This document shows, one piece after another, positions 12,987 through 25,445 of a DNA stretch of 64,000 nucleotides (position 1 is its first letter; every line of letters starts with the position of its first letter). Where the stretch lies: NCBI GenBank assembly GCA_020184695.1, contig JAANOX010000238.1, forward strand, positions 503,630 through 567,629, read 5' to 3'. The notes beneath the pieces are model-generated. The model was not told the origin of the DNA. It did no database searches and saw only the letters and a list, made by a program, of their open reading frames with translations. The stretch is from Histomonas meleagridis 2922-C6/04-290x (Eukaryota; Protista; Parabasalia). A program made the position numbers and the translations under genes.

Positions 12987-13424
12987 CTAAACTAAAAGTG
13001 GTTTAGCCTCATGAAACATTTCTACATCCGCTACACATGGATCCTGGAATAGCTTTTCTGCATTTCCACCTTCTACAATGTAATATTCATTTGATAAGAA
13101 ATTCTTTTTTTTAGCTATTGCCGATGGCTCACATGCTGCATGAACAAGCAGCTTTTTACCATTGAGCTGTGATAAGTCTGGCTTGTAGTATTCTTTTAAT
13201 GAAAAAATTTGGAAGATGTTAGGATTTGAGACAAGATAATCAATTTGTTTTTGTGTAAAGAATTTTTTATACCACCCTCTTTGTATCATGTCTTTTGGCG
13301 AAAGCTCAATATTGTATTCTGTTTTAAGTGTTCTGATTTGGGTTGAAGATAAAGCTACTAATAAGCGTAAGTAATACCATCCTAATGGAAAAACCATTTT
13401 CATCGAATTTTGAGGAGTAGACAT
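12987..13424 (-). CDS. Small hypothetical protein (about 145 aa)
   Basis: Open frame from ATG 13424 (MSTPQNSMKMVFPLGWYY...), ordinary amino-acid composition, no recognised motif. Confidence 0.35.
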   Translation of the reverse strand: MSTPQNSMKMVFPLGWYYLRLLVALSSTQIRTLKTEYNIELSPKDMIQRGWYKKFFTQKQIDYLVSNPNIFQIFSLKEYYKPDLSQLNGKKLLVHAACEPSAIAKKKNFLSNEYYIVEGGNAEKLFQDPCVADVEMFHEAKPLLV

Positions 13425-14113
13425 TGCATTTATTCGAACACCATTTCGTGTGGAAAGTGTTGAAGAGCTGTATCCCATTCGCAAATTTTACCGATCGAAA
13501 AATTTCGGTTTCTATTACACACATAAAAAAAAGTTAAAAAAGTGACATTTTTAACGGTCGATTCGGCCTTAAGCCCAAAATGTCAAATTCGATTCGAAAT
13601 GGGTAATCGCTAAAAAATACTGAAACTTTTTTATAGCATCAATCGTTCAATAGTCAAAATTGAACCAGTATTTCGGTTTGTAATTTTATTTTCGTATCAA
13701 AAAGTTGAATTGCTTTTTTGTCGGAAAGTTTTGGGTGGTTTTGGCAAGAATGCTTATTATTTGACGCCAAAAGCTATCGTTCTTGTATCGTCTTTTACCT
13801 ATCAAAATGAATATAATTAATATTGTAAAGTATTCAATTCCGACTATCGGGAGACCGTTAATGGGACGAAATCATATTTTAGCTAGGTAATATAATCTTG
13901 GCTGGAGGTACTACTAACGTTATCCGCAAGATGGTGCCTGAAAAAATTCATATATTTAAACGTACTTAGATAACTCCATTTAAAAAAAAGTTTACATAAA
14001 CCCCCATCCCTAGTACACTTTATACTGATCATCTGTCGACGCTCTTATATAGAAAAAGTGCTCCGCGGAGTCGGGCTACGGCAGTATACAATTTGAGAAA
14101 ATTTTAAAATTAA

Positions 14114-14947
14114 AAAAAGTTATAGAAATTACACCTGCAGAATTAATCTATAATATCGATGAGGTGGGTTCATCAGATTGGGAAGATCGAAAACCAAAAA
14201 TAGTTGCAATACCAAAGGAACTTGAAAATAGAAGTCTTCATCATCCAATAAATAGGGGAATAAGACATTCAAACCTTGTTGTCACAATAAATGGAGGTGG
14301 TGATGCTTATTTCCCTTCAATAATTACAACTGATCCAAATTCAGAAGAAATATTTAATACACCAATAAGAAAGGATGTTGATCTCAGCATGAGTATTGAG
14401 GCATCACCTTATGTCACAAAAAAGATATTCACTAAATTTATTCTACAAAAATTTGTTCCACAGATTGAATCTGATCGAAATGGACCAGATTGTTTCGAAA
14501 AACCGGCGATTCTCTTTTTCGATAATTGTTCTTGTCATCTTGATGGAAATAAATTGAAAAAATTAGCATGATTTTAGTTATTCCAAGTATTAGATCGATT
14601 GCTTTTTAGTATTTTGAAAAACCACAGAAAATATATCCCAAATAATGATGACATTCATTCAAATTTCAACATTTATATAAGATATTTCGAGTCTATGAAT
14701 TAAGCACATGTTCAATAAATATCCATGCCTCATTTAAACATACTGGATTTGAATATCATAAAAAAATGGTGTTGATTACTTAAAATTAGATTGTCGAAAA
14801 GTTGAAAATTTTGATGAATTCAAAGAAATCTGGGATTATAACTATTTATAAGAATCCATGTCTTATAAAGAAGAAGCACAAAAATGGGGATGGATAAATT
14901 ATCGCTTTCTTTCTGAAAAATTTCGGAATACAATTGATGGTGAATAA
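14114..14947 (+). mobile_element. Decayed pogo/Tc5-like (DDE_1) transposase, central and C-terminal part (family B, copy 1)
   Basis: IYNIDEVG, ILFFDNCSCH and, after an internal deletion, FQVLDRLLF. 14114-14677 is an exact inverted copy of 22006-22569. Confidence 0.75.
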
Positions 14948-16887
14948 CAAATCATCAATTAATTAATTTTATTTATTTTTGATTAAACAAATGATGTGAT
15001 AAAAAATAACAGTCTAAATTCTAAAATAATATATAATATAATATTTTTAAATTCATTAATCATGAAAATATTTAATATATCTCGTGAAAAATTTTTTTTT
15101 TCTTATGATATCATCATTTGATTAAAGAACCGTCGTTACCATATCTTATACCGTTACCATTTTTTATACATAACTGTATAGTAACATTATAATATTTTTT
15201 AATGTTATGCAAAATAAACATCATGTTTTAGTGAATACATTTTTATATATATTTTTTTGATCGTTAATTTTCCTCTTGACAAACTTCTGTTAACTATCGA
15301 GAAAATCGAAAATAATTAAAGCCATGAATGAATATTAATAGCAAATGAAATAATTAATTTTTTATCAATGAAGAAATATGGATTCAAAAAGTTTAATGAT
15401 ATAGCGGTGGATGCATACAACTTTTTTCATTTTTCAAGTAAAATTGTAAGTAATGTTGCTAATTCGGGATATTTTTTTTGCCCAGAACGAAAAAAATATC
15501 CCAAAATCATTTGAGATTTCTGTAGACAATAAATGTGGTGTGTCAAAAAACGTTAATGGTATTTGACGGATATTTCCTCAATTAAAAATTTAAATATTAT
15601 ATGAGTATATAACACTAGATATGTAATATTTAGAAACATTGTTTTATTATGTTTAAATATATTATATATTAATATATTATGAATTTATTTGATTTTTTAT
15701 TCAATAGTTTATGTAATTTTTGAGTGTAAAATGATCGACTTCTTTCAAATACATCTGTTAATATCTATAGGGAAATATGTTTTAATTTTTTCAATTATGA
15801 TTATTATGAATCCGAGTAATGATGTAATTTTGAAATTATGGGTTGACCTTTAATTTTTTGAGTTGCCAAATCCAAAATTTATAATAATATAATGATGAAA
15901 TTTGCAAATTTTTTAGTGCCATTATCGAATTAAACATACTAATTTTGGTATGACTGTCATATGTCATTCGTTTTGATGGAATTAATTAGTATAATAAGTT
16001 GAGTGTTATAAATAATTTGTTTGGTGGTACGATGGTAAATTTTAATATCATTCATTTAGCCCGTATGGTTGCCCATATCGTTACCCAAGCGGCTGTATTC
16101 AAATTTGAATGATAATACGATCAAAAATCACGTAATTAGCCCATATTGTTGCCCAAAACGGTTATATTCAGAAAATCATATACAATATGGGTAAAACCGC
16201 TTTTAAGTTATTGTTGCGAAAAACATTAGTTATTGCGGTTCATACAAAAATTAAAATTTAGAGTGAATTTATTCAAACAGTAAAATTTTGGTGAGCAAAA
16301 GTGAAATGAGATGACTTCATTTTTGATATAAAATATTGAATTCGGCTTTACCCATTGGGTTGGGTTTTCATTATCCCTGTAAAATTGGGAAAAACTAGCA
16401 TCATTATTGTAAGCTTTCATATATCTAGCTGACCATGGTCTATATCAAAATTATACTTTGTTTGATTGATGAACGCTCAAGAAAATTATAATAAACTTTT
16501 ACATAATGATTTTGAACTTCATAAATATGTTAAAAAAAATGCGTTAATTATATACAATGAATTTTCATAATAATTTACTTTTTGTTCAAACTTAAGTTAT
16601 CACAGATAAAAGCAGAACTACTCAAGACGAACACTTATTTGAAATTGAAATATCTTTCTTTTGATTTTTGAAAAAATAATGCATTTTTATCATAATGTCT
16701 CTAAATTTCCAATTTTTTTCTTTAATATAATTTATCATTTACTTTTAGTGGTTATGATTTGGATAAATTGGATTTACGATAATAATCATATAATAGAAGA
16801 AACATAAAATTTGCCAAATAACAAAAATGTTCGTATTTATTAAATTAATAAACAAATTATAATATTTTGTTCTTAAAATATGTTTAC

Positions 16888-18120
16888 TTATATCTGACTG
16901 ATAAATTTTTCTTCTTTGAAATCGTCTGCAAATGGATCTTCTTCAATATTTGAATTATTAATCCCAAATGAAAATGTATTATCGATTTCATTAATTTTAT
17001 TATTATTTTCATCTGAAATATTCATTTCTTCTTCATTTTGTTTCCGCTTCTTATTTTGATATTTAATCATAAATATTATGATTATCATTATAAATACAAT
17101 AATTATTACAATTACAATAACAATTATAATGATAATTAATGTTATTATCATTAGTGTTTATTATTACATCTTCAATATAAGAAATATAAAAGAAATTTGA
17201 ATAATACGTAAAATATTCTGGATAATATATAATTGTATAATTATAATATATGAAATCAACATAAATATATTTAGTTTCAGATTCAATGAAAGTAACTGAA
17301 TAAGATTTTAAGAAAGTATAATAATAAATCGATAAAGTTTTTATAAACGATAAAGAATAAGTTAAAGTATAAGTGTTAACGAAAGTAAAATTCATCGAAA
17401 ATGTATTAACATAAGTATTTGAATCAAAATTACTTTTTGATTTCGTAAATGTATTCGATTTGATTAATGTATCACTTTTCGTAAATGTATATGAATTAGT
17501 GAATGTATCACTTTGTGTCAATGTGAATGTGCGTGTTGGCGGGAGACATGCGTCAAGTGTTGTTCCCTTAGTAATATTCATATTTCCAAATGTTTTATTT
17601 TGATATATTTCTATTGTCATAACTAATGTCGCATTGATATTAACAAATGCATTTTGTATTTCTGGTGAAATTTCTCCTTTAAAATGAATACATTGAAGTG
17701 ATGTACAATTAAAAAATGCACATGAATTAATATATTGAACATTTTCATCAATAAAAATTCTTTCTAAATTATTACAACTTGCAAAAGCATAATTCATAAT
17801 AGAAATGACTGATTTAGGAATTGTAAATGTTTTACTTTTCATATTCGGATAACTAATAATATATGTAATTTCTTTATTATATAAAACCCCATCATTTTCA
17901 TAATTCTACTACCGATATTTCCAACTGTTTCTCCAATTATTACTGTTGTTAATAAAGGCCATTCTCTGAATGCATCACTTTCAATCTCGCCAACATCAAT
18001 AATTATAACATGTTCTGTATCATTCATATAATCTTTTGAAAAATCAATGGAATCAGATATTGTGAGTGTTTTTGTCTCTTCGTCATATGATTGCTTTGTA
18101 TTAACAAAAAATATAATCAT
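16888..18120 (-). pseudogene. BspA-like LRR surface-protein pseudogene (copy 1)
   Basis: Near-identical to 46870-47850 but lacks about 334 nt of LRRs, causing a frameshift. A second frameshift precedes the TM. It retains the Thr/Ser-rich stalk, Tyr-rich segment, TM and acidic tail EEDPFADDF. Confidence 0.8.
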
Positions 18121-19744
18121 TAAAATCAAAAATATTTTCAAATTTTGTTTATTTTTATCATAAATTAAATAACTTTTATCAAAACATTTAATAAATTGAA
18201 AAAGAATATTAAATATAATTAAAAATGAATTAATATATAAATTGTTAATTGTTGATTTAAATATGAAACAAAAGAAATTCCTAAATAAAATATAAAATAT
18301 TTTGACTTTATTGATTATATAAATATCAAAATAAAATAGAATTTTCTTCAAAGAATAAATAAATTGATTTTTAAATTTAGAAGAAGAAGTTTAATTCGAA
18401 ACATTTTTGAAAGATAGAAAATAAATTCGTAAATAAGTGACTTAATAAATGATAATATTTATAACTTATTTTATGAATATTTTCATATGAGAAAAATAAA
18501 ATTTTGTTATTTGAATGATTTTTGTTATTATTGAACAGATAATGAGGATATTCGTTATGGATATGTTGATTTGCTGTTTCATTTTTGTTTTTGAAATTTA
18601 TATATTTTATATTTTTATAAAAAATATATTCATCATGAAATATGTTGGAAATAAAGTCAATAAAACGAATGCTAAAAGTCATTAATAGATATATTTCATA
18701 TTTTTTCATCAATTTGATGATTGGAATTGGAAGATATATTCTTGATTTTAACTCAAACAAAAAACCTTCAAATTTTCATCAAAAATGTATGAAACCTATT
18801 GTTTTCCATCTGAAATTGAAATTGTCATCAAAAACTTAATCGATACGAGTCATAAACAATGATAAGTGAGATGATAATGTTCTCTTCTCATTTTCTCTTT
18901 TAACTTGATACAAAACATCATTGTAATCATATCAATTTTACACGCAAAACGATCAATACAACAATAATTCAATTCTGAGCTTTCAAATAAAATTTTCAAC
19001 TTTTCTATATAGTCATTTCAATTATTTTAAAATCTAGCTGCCTTTTACAGTCAAATTAAAATCTAATTCATTCAAAAATATTTTCACAGAAATTATCTTC
19101 ATAAACAATGAGCATTTTTAAAAAAAAATTACTTATTGTTTTTTGATGACAGCTCCTTTCTTGTATCCAGCAGTATCTTAGAAGCGAATTATACGTCCAA
19201 AAAAATCGATTTATTCAAAAAGAAAAAACAAATATATTTTCTCGATAAATGAACAACAAAAAAAATGATTTTTTCATTTAGATTTAGAAGCTATTTGAAT
19301 ATTTTAACAAACGCTTATCATCCTTGGTATTCTTAAGCTATTCCAAGTTTTTAATAAGGTTAATCCAAGTTTTATTAGTGTTTCATGCCTTTACATTATC
19401 CACAGAAACAAGGCAACAACAATTAATTTACTTTAAAAAAAAAAATACTTTAAAATTTTAATATCATTTTGTAGAAGTTGTATTTGAATGCCTGTCTTCA
19501 AATAGTTGAATAGAAAAATTATTTTGGTACAAAATAGCATTGGAATAAATTTAATATCTTAGAATTTCATAAAGTTGAAAGTAATTTGACACAAGGGGTC
19601 ATAAACTTTAATCAGGAGGGTAAATTCATCGGGGGTGCGATATACGATGACTTAGGTAGAATTAAAGTATGTTAAAAAAAAATTAATTGCATAAAGATAT
19701 GAAAACAAATATAATATAAGAAAAATAACAAAATTTAGATCCAT

Positions 19745-19812
19745 TTATAAGCAGCTGTCATTGGAGAAAATGTAATAACAATTGGAGATTCTGCATTTTA
19801 TTGTTGTTCATC
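19745..19812 (+). pseudogene. Isolated BspA/TpLRR repeat remnant
   Basis: Translates as AAVIGENVITIGDSAFYCCSS, one TpLRR-like unit with no surrounding ORF. Confidence 0.4.
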
Positions 19813-20733
19813 TGGTAATAAACGGTCGTTTTGTAAAAATGTATTTTTCCTTTTTATTTCAGAAAAAATGTTAAATTCACAAAAAAATTTAAACTCACCT
19901 ATTAGTAGATAGTAATATATTTTGATAACTCAAAAATAATTTACAAAAATTCATTCTGAGAATAACAAGTTGAAAGCTTGATTTCGAATTTATTATGAAT
20001 TTATGTGTTCATATTCACTTACAAGTAAAATTAACAAAGAATAAAATGATTCATTTTCTTTGAGAAAAAAAAATTATATTCATTTCTTGAATTAATTTGG
20101 GAAGAGGTCCACCTTTTTGAGGGTATAATTAAAAATATCTTTTCTCCAACTTACTAAATTTTGTGGCCTAATATATGGAAATAGTTGGCTTTTTTGACAT
20201 AAATATATTTCCTGAATGTTAGTATTATTTTGATATTATTAACATATAATAAATAAAGTTTTCATAAGTTTCGAATTTTTATATGTATGATTGTTTGAAG
20301 TAAAGTATATGCATATCTTTTACCATTTAAAATATATTGAAATATGTTAAATTTATCAATAAATTTAATAAATTTAATAAATTATAATGTAGCACAATAA
20401 CTCATTCTGCATTGAAAATATGTATTTTAATTCCATGTTAAAATTGTAAAGTTAATATGAAATAGTTATATAATGTATATCACCATAGTTGTTCTCAGAA
20501 AAATATTTTGCATATAAAAATAATGTTTATAAATTTTAAAACTGATTTAATATTAAATTTATTGAATAAATTATGCATGCGATAAGATTTTGTTATTATA
20601 AAACTGAATGTTATTGTTGTTTGATGCCCTACTTCCCCATCTTTTTATGTAAAACAAATTTCTTTTCACAATAAGTAATGATTAACAAAAAAAATAAAAA
20701 AATTTTATTACATATCGATTATTTATTACAGTA

Positions 20734-21257
20734 TTAAATCCATTGGTCCTCATCTTCCTTTATCAAACTATTAAATTCATTGTCCACTTCTTCATAATTT
20801 CCTCCCGTATTCGATGACGTATTATTATTTACATTTGACAACGATTTTGTTTTCGTTGTTTGTTTCTTATTTCTCTTCAACATAAATATTACGATTCCGA
20901 CAATTATAAAAACTATCACAATAGCGCCGCATATAATACCAATTAACAATTCATTTGGAATTGAATTATCTTTTGGTGTAACATCAGTGACAACTAATGT
21001 ATAAAAGTCAGAATAATAACTATAATAAGACGAATAATATATAACAGTGTAATCGTAATAAATGACATTTGTCGATATCTAACTATAAGTGGATTCAAAT
21101 GTTAACAATGAAATTGTATTTATGTATTTACTATATAACGTAATCGAAAGTGTAATAGATAATGAGTGTGTTAAAGTGAACGAATGTGTTAAAGATAAAG
21201 TTAAATCAGATGAATGAGCAAATGATGCAGTTAGTGAATCCGATTCAATAAATGTAT
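20734..21257 (-). pseudogene. 3' fragment of a BspA/Pmp-type surface-protein gene
   Basis: The minus frame gives a Ser/Thr stalk, one in-frame TAG, Tyr-rich YYDYTVIYYSSYYSYY, TM LLIGIICGAIVIVFIIVGIVIF, basic KRNKK and tail EDEDQWI. The 5' part is replaced by mariner sequence. Confidence 0.7.
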
Positions 21258-22005
21258 ATGAAAAAAGTTAACTTCAAATGGATCCCACATAAGTTGACTC
21301 CAGAAATTAAAGCCAAAAGAGCTGCCATTGCTTCTGAATTATTTGACTTCCTTTCTAGTTCAAATGACTACAGACTAAGACACATATTGACGCAAGGTGA
21401 AACCTGGATTTATTTTGTTAACGGGAGAAACTCGATGTGGATTGAATCTGGAGTGCAAAAACCATACAAACCCAAACAAACTATTGCCTCCAAAAAAGTA
21501 ATGATATCTGTTATATGGTATATAACTGGTATCAAATCAATAACAATGCTCCCGATAGGCCAAAAATTTAATCGAATTTTTTTTTTCTGAAGTTGTACTT
21601 GGAGATTTGGCGAAAAGAATTTCAACGAAGGGATATTTTTTGCATATGGATAACGCCCGGCCTCATTTGGTTCATGAAAAATTGAATTAATTGGGGATTA
21701 AAAGACTTCCGCAACCCCCGTTTTCGCCAGACCTCGCACCTTCTGACTTTTTTCTGTTCGGATATCTAAAAAAAATGCTCGAAGGTGAGGAGTTTGAAAA
21801 TGAAGATCAACTTTTTCAAAAGGTTGAAACATTACTGTATAATATTCCTAAAGACATTTTCAGAGCCGTATATAATGAATGGATGAACAGACTTTTAATT
21901 ACAATTGAAACTCAAGGTGAATACATATCATAATAAATGAACAAAATTTCATTTACTTTTTTATTTATTAAAAAAAAAACTGACGAACGCACTTTTTCCA
22001 CCCCC
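21258..22005 (+). mobile_element. 5'-truncated, decayed mariner element
   Basis: WIPHKL (WVPHEL-like), TQGETW (degenerate first Asp), HMDNARPH, FSPDLAPSDF. One frameshift in a T-run near 21585 and TAA at 21688. The end ..GCACTTTTTCCACCCCC abuts TA at 22006-22007. Confidence 0.85.
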
Positions 22006-23090
22006 TATAAATGTTGAAATTTGAATGAATGTCATCATTATTTGGGATATATTTTCTGTGGTTTTTCAAAATACTAAAAAGCAATCGATCTAATACTTGG
22101 AATAACTAAAATCATGCTAATTTTTTCAATTTATTTCCATCAAGATGACAAGAACAATTATCGAAAAAGAGAATCGCCGGTTTTTCGAAACAATCTGGTC
22201 CATTTCGATCAGATTCAATCTGTGGAACAAATTTTTGTAGAATAAATTTAGTGAATATCTTTTTTGTGACATAAGGTGATGCCTCAATACTCATGCTGAG
22301 ATCAACATCCTTTCTTATTGGTGTATTAAATATTTCTTCTGAATTTGGATCAGTTGTAATTATTGAAGGGAAATAAGCATCACCACCTCCATTTATTGTG
22401 ACAACAAGGTTTGAATGTCTTATTCCCCTATTTATTGGATGATGAAGACTTCTATTTTCAAGTTCCTTTGGTATTGCAACTATTTTTGGTTTTCGATCTT
22501 CCCAATCTGATGAACCCACCTCATCGATATTATAGATTAATTCTGCAGGTGTAATTTCTATAACTTTTTCGATAAGAACAAAGTACTCTCTCGAGTACTT
22601 CGGAACTTTTAATCTTGTGTCTTCATGTGGACGAATAATGGTTTTGATAATTTCATCAGAACGTCTATAAAAAAAACTATATAACCAGCCCCTCGTTAAA
22701 CTAATACCAAATTTTCCTTATACAAATCGAAGTACCTCAGAAAAGGTCATGTATTCATATGAATTTCTTTCTGATACAATTTCTTGATTAACAATTTACT
22801 CGTCTACTTCAAGTAAACTTAACGGTTGTCCAATTTCTTTTTTGTTTTTGTTGGCTTTGCATATAATTATGCGAACATTTTCATTTGTAATATTAAACAC
22901 CTCTGTCATTGATTTAGCATTTGCTGTAATAAGGCAATTTGTTAATAAAAATTCCAGAATAAAAAGTAATTGTTCATTTCGTTAAGAACTGTTAAAATAA
23001 CAAAACAATATTGTTTATTTCTTGACCACATATTCCGCATCTATACTTTTTTCTCTTTCTTGGCGCACCTTCATGATCAACATTAATTTC
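22006..23090 (-). mobile_element. Decayed pogo/Tc5-like transposase, N-terminal and central part (family B, copy 2), cut at a TA by the mariner
   Basis: The minus frame reads LTRGWLYSF..RRSDE..PHEDTRLKVP..IYNIDEVG..FDNCSCH with several stops; 564 bp are identical to copy 1. Confidence 0.75.
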
Positions 23091-23140
23091 GGGATGAGTT
23101 GCTGATCTTCCAAGCAACAAAAGATGGTCGAGCTGGGTTA

Positions 23141-24107
23141 CCCTAGGTTTCCTACAATTCGCGAATTCTATCGTTGGAACGATAGAAATTTAAGATTTTC
23201 ACGTATATTTCGAATCTCACGATTTAATAGCGCCTAAATTGCAAAATCGAATCAAAAGTGTTAATTTATTTCAAATTGATAGATTGACCATGCTTCGTTC
23301 AAAACATCAGAATTAAGGTGTTTCCATGCCCATATAAGTACCTGAACCGCATATTTCACCTCGATTTTTTTGCCCGGATTTTCATGAATAAATCTATGAA
23401 AATTATCTATGGCAACGTTCTCCAAACCCCCAAAAAACGCGATAATCGAGTGGTTGGTATTTATCTGTTGACCCAGCAGGAATAAAGAACATCTTTATGT
23501 TCAATGAATTTGCCAATTTCATGGACATAGTTGTCTTGTGAACTGAAAATTGGCCTTATCCTGTACCAAGCTCGTCTACTACTTGGTTTATTGCGCTTTT
23601 TAAAATCAGTTACATACTTAGGACTGAACTTCACATCGGGGATTTCATCATCATCCATGTGCTTCTCAAGGAATCCTTGAGATGCGAGGTTAACGAAGTC
23701 TTTGTTTTGAAACAAGAACCCTTGCGTTATAAAATTGGATCGGATGATATCAGCAATTAATTCTTCATCAGCATCGGTAAATATCCAATGATGAATTCCA
23801 TGAACTGAGCTGTCGTAAGGTCGCCATTCTTTGTTCAGTTCCCACTTGTGGTACCACCCACGAATGGTGGATTCTGGAATATTGAATTGTTTGCTTAAAT
23901 GTGTTATTGTTCCTCTTGTTTTATTTGATAAGGAATCGATAACTATGTCACATATTTCCTTGTGTCTATAGTAATATCGATGGGGTAATTTGGAAAAAAC
24001 GAGCTTTTGATTTTTCATCTACAAATGATACCGTTTACAATTTCTCAAACCGAAACAATGCACTCAAATTATAACGATCGAATTCGCTAATTGTAGGAAA
24101 CCTAGGG
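23141..24107 (-). mobile_element. Internally deleted pogo-like element (family A2) with TIRs and TA TSD
   Basis: TA|CCCTAGGTTTCCTACAATT(C/A)GCGAATTC(T/G)ATCGTT at both ends. ORF 23461-24018 encodes only the HTH region (FNIPESTIRGW). The transposase C-terminus (LIWAWKHL..EAWS) survives near 23270-23400; the DDE core is missing. Confidence 0.85.
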
Positions 24108-24297
24108 TATAATGGACAGATTAAATATGTCATAAAAAATGCTTTCTGACATATTATTTAATATTTGGAGATAAAAAAACAATCGTTTTTAGATCAACAC
24201 AAATTTTCTAATAACTTTGAAAAAGTAGAAATTATTGAATGATCATTCAAAGTGTGACAAATTTTTCAGTGAAAATATTTTAATACAAATTGCATTT

Positions 24298-24960
24298 TCA
24301 ACATGATGAGAAATTTTCTCGACAAAATCAACACTACGAAGAATATTTAGAAAATATTTACCTCATCAAATAAAGAGTTTATTCAATGGCTATCAAACAA
24401 TCGATTTATACTTAATATTCATGAACATTATATTTGCTCAATTTGTGGATCTGAAACTAATTGTTGTTTCAGCAAATCTTATCCAGATGGTGCCATATTT
24501 ATGTGTAAAGGTATCCATAGGCACAAATCATCGATAAGGACAAAAACAATTTTTGAAAATTCTAAATTTGATTTAAGAACAGCTATTTTATTATATGCTT
24601 CTTGGGCGCTCGATATGACGCCATCAATGGCAAAGATGGTCATCCATCTTTGCCTGAAATTGATACTATTTATTATTATTATTAAAAATTTAGAAATTTA
24701 TCTGAAATTGCATATTATAATGATTTAACTCATAAGTTGCTAGGTGGCCTTCGAGGCAATGTTCAGATAAATGATACATTGATCTCCAAGGTAAAATATA
24801 ATGTGGGAAGAAATTTAAGTTTATCACAAATGTGGTTTTTGAAGGAATAGATTCTGTAACAGGTCGAGCATTTATTGATTTAGTTGATAAAAAAAATGTA
24901 AATACATTATTTCCGATTATCGAAAAATATGTTAAAATTGATACACATATACAAATATGC
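24298..24960 (+). mobile_element. Merlin / IS1595 (ISXO2)-like transposase remnant
   Basis: Zn-ribbon-like C..CGS...C, then SIRTKTIFENSKF, LGG.RGNVQIND...KYNVGR and GIDSVTGRAF.DLV.KK...TL.PIIEKYV; many stops and frameshifts. Confidence 0.65.
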
Positions 24961-25445
24961 CATTTTATGCCCAAAAAAATTCTATAGATATAAAATTTAT
25001 ATACTTTGAAATTTGCTGATTGATTTTTGGTTAATGCATATGCCCTAATTCAATCTTATATAAAAAAATAGTATAATTTTTACTATGAATTTAATCATTT
25101 AGATGTAAAATTAACCAATGCAAAATTTTTATGAATCAACTAATTCATTTCTACAAAAGATATTTAATGAGTGGTCGTTCTTGTTTGAATTAACTTTAAC
25201 AGTTCATATGATTTCAACCAAGCATATCGACGACCGTTAAACGATAGTGCTTTTGAGTTATCTGTTCATTGAATAAACTGTGTCACCTACTTTTTGAATA
25301 CATTTTCGCTGGGTTCTTTGACTGATTAATTTACCGCGAAAAAAACGGTCTCGTGGAGCGTTTTATTAGTGGAAATACAATTCATCGAATATTTATCATT
25401 CATAAAAATTTATATAAAAATATTTAAAAAAATAATCAAAAAATA

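Noticed and set aside
14021-14088. Mini-MITE bounded by TATACTG..CAGTATA with a central CTCCGCGGAG palindrome
   Set aside because: Only 7 bp of AT-rich inverted match and no second copy in the window; not enough support.
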